From assembly GCA_964553685.1 (NCBI GenBank), contig CAZKLB010000002.1, forward strand, positions 62,890 through 126,889: a stretch of DNA of 64,000 nucleotides, read 5' to 3'. Numbering within the stretch: position 1 is the first letter of the stretch; every line of letters begins with the position of its first letter. The notes under the pieces are model-generated. The model had not been told where the DNA came from, searched no databases, and saw only the letters and a program-made list of their open reading frames with translations. Below, one piece after another: positions 56,248 to 64,000 of this stretch. The stretch is from an uncultured Marinoscillum sp. GTDB taxonomy: Bacteria > Bacteroidota > Bacteroidia > Cytophagales > MED-G16. The position numbers and the translations under genes are program-made.

Positions 56248-58737
56248 ATGAAAAAAATTATTTTAGGAAATTTATTCTTTTTGATAATATTATTTTCAGT
56301 TAAACCTATTTCATTAACTGCCCAAGAAAATCAATTTTACTCCTCATCTAATATTTTATCAATGTTAGAAAAATTAGATGTATTTGGTAAAGTTCTATAT
56401 GTTGCAGCACACCCAGATGATGAAAATACAAGACTAATTGCTTACCTATCAAACGAAAAAAAATATGAGACTGCTTATTTATCATTAACCAGAGGTGGAG
56501 GAGGTCAGAATTTTATTGGTACACATCTTAAAGAGAATCTTGGACTTATCAGGACTCATGAACTTTTAGAAGCAAGAAAAATAGACGGTGGAAAGCAGTT
56601 TTTTTCTTCAGCAATTGATTTTGGTTTTTCTAAGGGACCAGAAGAAACTTTAAAATTTTGGGATGAGGAAAAGGTTTTATCAGATTTTGTTTGGATTATT
56701 AGAAAGTTTAGGCCTGATGTGATAATTACTAGGTTTAATCAAACCCCTGGTATTACTCATGGTCACCATACAGCTTCTACAATTTTAGCAAATAAGGCAT
56801 TTAATTTATCTGGTGATCCTTCAGCTTTTCCAGAGCAACTTAAGCATGTTAAAATATGGAATCCAAAAAGAATTTTTTGGAATGCTTCATTAAGGTTTCA
56901 GAGTATTGATGGGTTTGATAAGGATAAAATACTAAAAACAGATGTTGGTGTTTATAATAAATACCTTGGTAAGTCATATAATGAAATTGCTTCAGAGAGT
57001 AGGTCTATGCATAAAAGTCAGGCTTTTGGATCACTAAGAAGAAGAGGTAGTGAGCAGGAATTATTGTTATTAATTCAAGGAAGTACTGTTAAAAAGGATA
57101 TGATGGATGGTATTAAAACTTCATGGGATCGAGTAAACACAAATGAAATTCTAAATAAATATATTAATAATGCAAGAGATTCCTTCAACGTAAAAAAACC
57201 ATATGAAATAATTGATAATCTCTCTCTTGCTTACAGAGAACTTAATAAAGTAATCGATAGACATTGGAGAGAAATTAAAAAAAATGAATTAAAAGAAATA
57301 ATTAAGGCTTGTTCTGGCTTATTTTTTGAGTCATTATCCAACGTAGAAATTTCTGTGCCAGAAAAAGAAATAGAAATTTCTTTTGAAGCAATAAATAGGA
57401 GTCCGTACGATATTAAATTGGAAAAAGTAGAAATTATTGATAAAGAATATGTTATAAATAAAAAGCTTGAGGATAATATTTTTTTTCAATTAAATAAAAA
57501 AATAAAATTACCCAAATCAATGAATGTTTCAGAGAAATACTGGCTAAAAAATAAATCTAGTTTTGGAAATTATTCTATTGAGAATCAATTGTTAGTTGGA
57601 AACCCTGAAAATGAACCAACCTTAAATTCAAAGTTTACATTTAGAATTAATGGGCAGTTATTAACGTACAACTCGCCTGTTGTTTTTAAAATTAATAATC
57701 CAACAAAAGGAGATGATTATAAACCATTTAATATCGGAAATCCTGTTTATTTAAATCCTAAAAATAATATGGAGTTATTTATTAACTCAGAAAAAAAAGA
57801 TATCAGTCTAGAAATTAGATCCGGTATGGATTCCTTAAGAACAAGAGTTTTTCTAGATGTTGATGAAGATATAGAAGTTACACCAAGTTTTTATGATTTA
57901 AATTTTGATAAGGTCGGAGATGTAGCTTCCGTCAATTTTAATATATCATTACCTAATGATAAAAATTATACGAATAAAATTACTGCAAAAGCAGAATATG
58001 AAAAAAAAGAGTATGACAGGGGGATTGATATAATTTCATATGATCATTTTCCCACCCAAACAAGATTTCCAAAATCTGAAATTTCTCTAGTGAAATTTGA
58101 TCTAAATATTAAACATAATAAAATTGCCTATCTGATGGGTTCTGGAGATAAAGTTCCTGAATCCTTAAGATTAGTTGGTTTTGAAGTTGATGTTTTAAAA
58201 AAAGATAAGATTACGGTTTCTAATCTTAATTCATATGATGCTCTAATAATTGGGGTAAGAGCATTTAATTCAGATAAGACTTTAGGCAATATAAAATCAG
58301 AAATTATGAAGTATATGAACGAAGGCGGTAACGTAATTGTTCAATATAACACTTCCAGAAATATTGATGTAAATACATTTGCACCATTTCCATTTAAACT
58401 TTCAAGAAATAGAGTCTCTCAAGAAAACTCATTTGTGAAAATTTTGGATGATAAACATCCTGCATTAAACTATCCAAATAAGATCTCTCTTAATGATTTT
58501 GATGGATGGGTACAAGAAAGAGGACTATATTTCTCAAATAATTGGTCAAAAGAATATCAAACTATTATTTCTTCAAATGATGAGGGAGAGGATCCCAACG
58601 ATGGAGGTATTTTAATTGCAAAAGTAGGGAAGGGGCATTTTATTTATACATCTTATTCGTGGTTTAGACAGCTTCCTGCAGGTGTTGGTGGTGCTTATAG
58701 GATTTTCACAAATTTAATTTCATTTGGTAAAAAGTAA
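56248..58737 (+). CDS. Secreted PIG-L/LmbE-family deacetylase fused to a long C-terminal region ending in a class-I-glutamine-amidotransferase-like domain
   Basis: Signal peptide and PIG-L motif LYVAAHPDDENTRLIAYL, with HGHH later. The C-terminal segment YDALIIGVRAFN is GATase1-like. 829 aa. Confidence 0.7.
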   Translation: MKKIILGNLFFLIILFSVKPISLTAQENQFYSSSNILSMLEKLDVFGKVLYVAAHPDDENTRLIAYLSNEKKYETAYLSLTRGGGGQNFIGTHLKENLGLIRTHELLEARKIDGGKQFFSSAIDFGFSKGPEETLKFWDEEKVLSDFVWIIRKFRPDVIITRFNQTPGITHGHHTASTILANKAFNLSGDPSAFPEQLKHVKIWNPKRIFWNASLRFQSIDGFDKDKILKTDVGVYNKYLGKSYNEIASESRSMHKSQAFGSLRRRGSEQELLLLIQGSTVKKDMMDGIKTSWDRVNTNEILNKYINNARDSFNVKKPYEIIDNLSLAYRELNKVIDRHWREIKKNELKEIIKACSGLFFESLSNVEISVPEKEIEISFEAINRSPYDIKLEKVEIIDKEYVINKKLEDNIFFQLNKKIKLPKSMNVSEKYWLKNKSSFGNYSIENQLLVGNPENEPTLNSKFTFRINGQLLTYNSPVVFKINNPTKGDDYKPFNIGNPVYLNPKNNMELFINSEKKDISLEIRSGMDSLRTRVFLDVDEDIEVTPSFYDLNFDKVGDVASVNFNISLPNDKNYTNKITAKAEYEKKEYDRGIDIISYDHFPTQTRFPKSEISLVKFDLNIKHNKIAYLMGSGDKVPESLRLVGFEVDVLKKDKITVSNLNSYDALIIGVRAFNSDKTLGNIKSEIMKYMNEGGNVIVQYNTSRNIDVNTFAPFPFKLSRNRVSQENSFVKILDDKHPALNYPNKISLNDFDGWVQERGLYFSNNWSKEYQTIISSNDEGEDPNDGGILIAKVGKGHFIYTSYSWFRQLPAGVGGAYRIFTNLISFGKK

Positions 58738-61700
58738 ATGCTAAAAAATTTCATTAGACTATCTATATTTCTTATAATATGTAATATTTTTTCTTGTAAT
58801 GATTCCAATAAAATTAATTACAGAGATAAAAAAATTAATAAATCAATTTATAGCTATTCTTATAAATCTGGAAATTGGGATCACCCAAATTATAGAGAGC
58901 CTTTTAACTTCTTAGGTAACCATAGAGTAGTTGTGGAGTTACCTAAAAAGTCAGATGAAATACATCAAGTTAAAATTCCTTGGAGGAGAAGAGATGATTT
59001 ACCTAGTAAAAAAGATGTAATAATTATTAATTCAGAAACAGGAAAAGAAATTAGTGAAAAATATTTTTTAGATATTAATAATATGGAAGGTCATATCCTA
59101 TTCAGGCCTGAGATAAATTCGTTAAAATATTTTTTTTATTATCTCCCACATAAATCAACAGGTGGTTATTATCCTAAAGTTGAATATAAAAAACCTATCA
59201 CAAGTAATAATTTGGAATGGAATAATCAAATAAGAGATGTTTTAGGTAATATATCTTCAATTAAAAATGCACAAATAAAATCTTTTGAATCAATTGACGA
59301 CTTCCATTCATTTTTTCCAATGGAGGTTATATCTTCTGATGATGAAGTCGGTAGATATGTAAATAATTTTGATAAAGAAGTATTTATGTTTCCAGAATAC
59401 AGAAACTATCCAATCAGGATGATGGATTTCTTGCCTTTGAGATGGACTAATAATTTCAAAAATATTAATGGTTTAGAAGATAATGTCTCTATTGGAGAGT
59501 ATTATACATTTCAAATTGGTTTGTTTTCTCCAAATATGGATATAGATGATATTGAAATTTATTATTCAGATTTAAAATCAAATGCTAAACAGTATATATC
59601 AAAAGAAAATTTTACATGTTTTAATAAAGGTGGTACAGATCTTTTAGGAAATAATTTTATAAAGAAAGTTTCAGTCCCAAAAAATAAAGTTCAATCTCTT
59701 TGGTTTGGTCTTCAGGTACCAAATAATACTGTAAAAGGAAAATATAAATCTTATATAGTTGTTAAGCCAAATGGAATGAAACCTGATACTATTCATCTCA
59801 AGTTAAATGTCCAAAATAAATTACTAAAAGACTTCGGAGATAGTAATCCAAAAATGATGAGTAGACTTAGATGGTTAAATTCTAAAATAGGATCAGAAAA
59901 TGATTTAATTATAAAACCATTTGATAAAGTTGAAATCCAAGATAAATCTATTAAAATTCTTGGACGAGAAGTAATTTTAAATTCCTTTGGTCTTCCAGAT
60001 AATATATTATCATATTTCTCCCAGGAAATGACATATCTCAATGATAAGCCAAATGATATTTTATCTGGTGGTATGTCTCTAGATGTACTTGGAAATAATG
60101 GTAAAATTGAAAAATTTAAAAATCAAAAATTTGACCTGACTCAGAGTTCAGCAGCTAATGCTCAGTGGCAATCAAAAAATGTTTCTGAAAATTTTCTTAT
60201 GGATATTTTTGGTTTAATGGAGTATGATGGTATGCTAGATCTAAAAATTAGACTGATAGCAAAAAATAATAAACTGCTTGATGATATTAACTTCAGATTT
60301 TCAATGGTTAGAGATGCAACAAAATATATGTTAGGGTTGGGTAGAAAAGGAGGAGAATTTAATAAAAATATTAGTTGGAAATGGGATATTACTAAGCATC
60401 AGGAAGGGATTTGGTTAGGAAATGTTAACAAGGGATTACAATATGTCTTAAGAGATAATAAATATGAGAGGCCTTTAAATACAAACTTTTATCAGTCAAA
60501 GCCACTTAATTTACCTGAATCATGGTACAATGACTCAAAAGGTGGAATATTAGTAAATATTGATTCGGATGAGGTATTAATAAATAATTATTCAGGAGAT
60601 AGAATGGTTAAGGAAGGGGATACTTTACATTTTAATATTAGATTTTTAATTACGCCTTTTAAACTTATTAATATTAAAGAACACTTTAATACTAGGTTTG
60701 TACATAAATTTCTTCCAATTGATTCTGTTGAAGCACTTAATGGAACTATTGTTAATGTACATCACGCAAATGAAATCAATCCTTACATTAACTACCCTTT
60801 TTATAATCTAGAAAAGCAAAAAAAATATATTGATGACGCTCATGCCAAAGGCATAAAAGTTAAATTGTATAACACCATAAGAGAATTGACCTACAAAACC
60901 TATGAAATATTTCCATTAAGAAGTCTCGGAAATGAAATTTTTAATAGTGGAAAGGGAGGTGGCCATGGTTGGCTTCAGGAGCATTTAAAAAGAGATTATC
61001 ACTCAGCTTGGCATGCTGTCAATGTTAATGATGCATCAATCCTAAATAAGGGAACATCCAGGTGGACAAATTATTATATTGAGGGAATAAATTGGCTTGC
61101 TAAAAATAATGATATAGACGGACTTTATCTCGATGATATTGCTTTTAGTAGAAGTACGGTGAAGAGGATAGCAAGCGTCCTCAATAGAAATAGAGAATCT
61201 TTTGTAATAGACTTGCATTCTGCTAATCAATTTAATAACAGAGATGGATTTATTAATAGTGCGTTATTATATATGGAACATTTTCCTTATGTATCTCGGC
61301 TTTGGTTTGGGGAGTATTTTGACTATAATCTAAATCCAGATTTTTGGATGGCTGAAGTTGCCGGTATACCTTTTGGTTTAACAGGAGAAATGCTTGAGAA
61401 AGGTGGAAGACCATATCATGGATTAGTTTTTGGAATGACAACTAGAGTTTATCATAATTATAATCCAGGAAATTTGTGGAAATTATTTGAAGATTTTGGT
61501 ATTGCAGACAGTAGGATGATAGGTTATTGGGTAGATGATTCACCAGTAAAAGTTGATAATGAAAAAATTAAATGTACCATATACCAAAAAGATGATAAAG
61601 TTATGATTTCGATTGCATCCTGGTCAAATAAAGATGAATTTTTAAAATTAAATATAAACTGGAATAAATTAGGATTTGATAAATTTAAATCATCATTAAC

Positions 61701-61806
61701 TAGTCCTTTAATTTCTGATTTGCAGGGTAAATATAAATTTGAAATTGATGAAGAAATAAGGATTGAAAAAAATAGTGGAATTGTGTTAATACTATCTGAA
61801 AATTGA
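58738..61806 (+). CDS. 1022-aa lipoprotein of unknown function, possibly glycoside-hydrolase-like (TIM-barrel-like C-terminal half)
   Basis: The ATG immediately follows the TAA of the upstream gene. Lipobox NIFSC. Segments VNVHHANEINPY, KVKLYNTIRELT and IDGLYLDDIAFSR suggest a barrel hydrolase. The family is not securely recognised. Confidence 0.45.
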   Translation: MLKNFIRLSIFLIICNIFSCNDSNKINYRDKKINKSIYSYSYKSGNWDHPNYREPFNFLGNHRVVVELPKKSDEIHQVKIPWRRRDDLPSKKDVIIINSETGKEISEKYFLDINNMEGHILFRPEINSLKYFFYYLPHKSTGGYYPKVEYKKPITSNNLEWNNQIRDVLGNISSIKNAQIKSFESIDDFHSFFPMEVISSDDEVGRYVNNFDKEVFMFPEYRNYPIRMMDFLPLRWTNNFKNINGLEDNVSIGEYYTFQIGLFSPNMDIDDIEIYYSDLKSNAKQYISKENFTCFNKGGTDLLGNNFIKKVSVPKNKVQSLWFGLQVPNNTVKGKYKSYIVVKPNGMKPDTIHLKLNVQNKLLKDFGDSNPKMMSRLRWLNSKIGSENDLIIKPFDKVEIQDKSIKILGREVILNSFGLPDNILSYFSQEMTYLNDKPNDILSGGMSLDVLGNNGKIEKFKNQKFDLTQSSAANAQWQSKNVSENFLMDIFGLMEYDGMLDLKIRLIAKNNKLLDDINFRFSMVRDATKYMLGLGRKGGEFNKNISWKWDITKHQEGIWLGNVNKGLQYVLRDNKYERPLNTNFYQSKPLNLPESWYNDSKGGILVNIDSDEVLINNYSGDRMVKEGDTLHFNIRFLITPFKLINIKEHFNTRFVHKFLPIDSVEALNGTIVNVHHANEINPYINYPFYNLEKQKKYIDDAHAKGIKVKLYNTIRELTYKTYEIFPLRSLGNEIFNSGKGGGHGWLQEHLKRDYHSAWHAVNVNDASILNKGTSRWTNYYIEGINWLAKNNDIDGLYLDDIAFSRSTVKRIASVLNRNRESFVIDLHSANQFNNRDGFINSALLYMEHFPYVSRLWFGEYFDYNLNPDFWMAEVAGIPFGLTGEMLEKGGRPYHGLVFGMTTRVYHNYNPGNLWKLFEDFGIADSRMIGYWVDDSPVKVDNEKIKCTIYQKDDKVMISIASWSNKDEFLKLNINWNKLGFDKFKSSLTSPLISDLQGKYKFEIDEEIRIEKNSGIVLILSEN

Positions 61807-61813
61807 TTTTAAA

Positions 61814-64000
61814 TTATTTTTCACTCAATATATTATCAATTGATTCTACAACTAGTTTTACATCCTCCTTATCAAAACAAATTGGTGGTTTACTTTTAAT
61901 AACGTTATTATGAGGTCCATCTGTACCAACTAGAATATGTTTCTCCCTCAATCTATTTTTTAATAAATGTGCAAGTTTTCTATCAGGTTTTAAATTGTTT
62001 TCATTAATAATTTCTATTCCTAAAAATAGACCTTCACCTCTTACTTCACCTATTACTTTATGTTTATTTTTAAGCTTTTCTAATTCTTTTTTGTAGTATT
62101 TTCCAACAATTTTTGCGTTTTCTTGTAATTTTTCTTCTTCTATGATGTCTAGAACAGATGAGCCTACAGAACAAGAAACGGGGTTACCACCAAAAGAGCT
62201 AAAAAACTCAACGCCTTCACTAAATTTTGAAGCAATTTTGTCTGTAGTTATCACTGCACCGATTGGATGACCATTACCCATTGACTTTCCTAAAATAACA
62301 ATATCTGGAACTACATTATATAATTCAAATCCCCAAAATACTTTACCAAGTCTTCCAAAACCTGTTTGAACCTCATCACTAATACAAACACCACCATTAT
62401 CTCTTATTTTTTTATATACCTTTTTTAAATAGTTTTTTGTTAATGGAACCTGGCCTCCACATCCAAGAATAGGCTCACAAATAAATGCAGCAATATTTTC
62501 AACTTTTTTTATCGTATGATTAATCAAACTATTATCATTTTCATAATCTTTTTTTTTTGGCATAGGTACTACTGTTACATAGTCTTTTTTCCCTTGTCCT
62601 CTTACATGATTAAATTTATACGCACTTATGTCAGTTCCTCTTTGGGTATGACCATGGTATCCATTTTCCAAAACCATTATATTTTTATTCTTAGAATAGG
62701 CAAGAGCTAATTTTATGGCTAAATCACTGGCTTCACTTCCAGAGTTTACAAAGTATACTCTATTAAGAGATTTATTAAATTTTTTGAGAAGTTTCCTTCC
62801 GTACCTATTAATTATATCATAAAGATATCTTGTATTTGTATTTAATTTTTTCATCTGTTTTGATGCGGCTTCTATTACTCCAGGGTGACAATGACCAACA
62901 TGAGGGACATTATTATAAGCATCTAAATAACTATTTCCTTCATAGTCAAACATATACTGAAATGCTGATCTCTCCATCGCAATGGGTTCATCATAACTGA
63001 GAGAAAAAATTTTACTAATGACTTTACCTCTTTCTAACCTAATTTTTTTTGAATTGAGAGTTTTTTTTGACTCTATATTTAAACAATTTCTAAATTTATT
63101 CTCAACAAATCTTGGGCTGTATTTAATAAACTTTTTAAGCGTTTTCCATGCATTTTTTTCACTAATAAACGCATACTTATTATCAGGATTTATTTTTCTG
63201 GAGTGGGCTGAATTACATACGCTCATGCATAATTTAGCAGTGATTAGATAATAAAGTATAGAAATTTCATCATTATTTAGAGGAAGCTTTTTATGATATG
63301 AACTAAGTATATATGATGAGTTAGTAATAGGATCATCTTTGTCGTAAGCTCCATAGGTCATTGCTATGGCAACTTCGTTCACTAATTGAGTGTGTGCTAT
63401 ATCTCCAAAGTCTATTACTCCAGAAACACCCTTATCATTACATAAAATATTCCACTCATTTAAATCATTATGGATTATGGATTTTCTAAGATTAGGAAGT
63501 ATTGGAATTACAACCTCATCAAACTGTTGGAGAAAATAATTTACTAATTTTCTATCTCGAAAACTTTCAATATCCTTGATGAACTTTTTATTTAGGTGTA
63601 TATGTTGAATATCCCACTGCCAAACTCTTGATGAGATATATAAATCTTCGTAGTCTAGAATTGCTTTATTCATCTCAGCTGTAAAACTACCAAGTGATTC
63701 TAAAATTTTTTTTGTTTGATTTATGTCTCCAAGAAATGTACCATTAAGAAATGATAAAAGTCTTACTACATAAGTATTCTTTCCACTATTATAAATTTCG
63801 AAATATTCACCGTTCTTATTTTTTATTGGATTAGGATAAATTGAATTCTTTAAGTTTAGGTGTGCGAGAAGGTTATTTTCAGAATTAATCTGATTGATTA
63901 TATGCTTTGTGTATGGATACTTTTTAATTATATATTTAGAATTATTACAACTCCCTAAAAAATTTTCAGTATCGTATCCAGGAAGGTTAACTAACTTATC
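61814..64000 (-). CDS. Fusion of an aminoglycoside-phosphotransferase-like kinase and a class III aminotransferase of the AGXT2L/phospho-lyase type; the 5' end lies beyond the window
   Basis: Kinase motifs [12 protein letters not shown] and IDFGD. PLP domain with [19 protein letters not shown]. My hand translation of the minus strand shows the frame stays open from 63673 to 64000 (..[30 protein letters not shown]..), so the Met at 63673 is internal. Confidence 0.8.
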   Translation of the reverse strand, partial: DKLVNLPGYDTENFLGSCNNSKYIIKKYPYTKHIINQINSENNLLAHLNLKNSIYPNPIKNKNGEYFEIYNSGKNTYVVRLLSFLNGTFLGDINQTKKILESLGSFTAEMNKAILDYEDLYISSRVWQWDIQHIHLNKKFIKDIESFRDRKLVNYFLQQFDEVVIPILPNLRKSIIHNDLNEWNILCNDKGVSGVIDFGDIAHTQLVNEVAIAMTYGAYDKDDPITNSSYILSSYHKKLPLNNDEISILYYLITAKLCMSVCNSAHSRKINPDNKYAFISEKNAWKTLKKFIKYSPRFVENKFRNCLNIESKKTLNSKKIRLERGKVISKIFSLSYDEPIAMERSAFQYMFDYEGNSYLDAYNNVPHVGHCHPGVIEAASKQMKKLNTNTRYLYDIINRYGRKLLKKFNKSLNRVYFVNSGSEASDLAIKLALAYSKNKNIMVLENGYHGHTQRGTDISAYKFNHVRGQGKKDYVTVVPMPKKKDYENDNSLINHTIKKVENIAAFICEPILGCGGQVPLTKNYLKKVYKKIRDNGGVCISDEVQTGFGRLGKVFWGFELYNVVPDIVILGKSMGNGHPIGAVITTDKIASKFSEGVEFFSSFGGNPVSCSVGSSVLDIIEEEKLQENAKIVGKYYKKELEKLKNKHKVIGEVRGEGLFLGIEIINENNLKPDRKLAHLLKNRLREKHILVGTDGPHNNVIKSKPPICFDKEDVKLVVESIDNILSEK

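Noticed and set aside
1-64000. A search for tRNA/rRNA genes, CRISPR arrays, integrases/transposases, toxin-antitoxin pairs or recognisable defence-system genes.
   Set aside because: No GC-rich structured RNA-like islands and no repeat-spacer periodicity were seen, and no ORF has recombinase, nuclease or defence-type motifs. The non-coding gaps are too short (125 bp or less) to hold such elements.

Overview
The window is AT-rich (about 30% GC by eye) and very gene-dense. I count about 52 protein-coding genes covering roughly 97% of the sequence, with many 1-23 nt overlaps and abutting convergent stops. I found no rRNA, tRNA, CRISPR array, transposase, integrase or phage genes. The content and signals look like a streamlined marine Flavobacteriales (Bacteroidota) chromosome; this is an inference. 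It rests on exact TAnnTTTG -7 promoter boxes, no Shine-Dalgarno sequences, many lipoprotein or Sec signal peptides, and on DUF2911, glycosylasparaginase, GH109-like, SMUG-like UDG and BNR/sortilin-like families. The centrepiece is a proteorhodopsin with the DTE proton-pump motif and Met at the tuning position (24739-25470). It has its own promoter box and a strong terminator, and it is followed by blh (retinal-forming beta-carotene dioxygenase). blh is translationally coupled to an uncharacterised 7-TM YwaF/TMEM164-like membrane protein, and the three-gene proton-translocating transhydrogenase pntAA-pntAB-pntB follows. A sodium:solute symporter lies just upstream of proteorhodopsin, and its promoter shares two short exact motifs with the proteorhodopsin promoter. 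Housekeeping and sugar genes include sppA, kdsB, nfeD, a csp gene, pyrE and xylBA. There is a large set of exported hydrolases: two Cys-type sulfatases, a GH109-like oxidoreductase-hydrolase, a 1090-aa BNR protein, four SxxK beta-lactamase-fold proteins, a penicillin/AHL-acylase family protein, a PhoD-like phosphatase, two S9 peptidases and a DUF885 protein. Other units of note are a secreted PIG-L deacetylase paired with a 1022-aa lipoprotein of unknown function, and two paralogous small Cys-containing secreted proteins that flank a cytoplasmic nucleotidyltransferase. A kinase-aminotransferase (phospho-lyase type) fusion gene runs off the right edge of the window. All family calls come from motif recognition by eye and from memory; I ran no searches.
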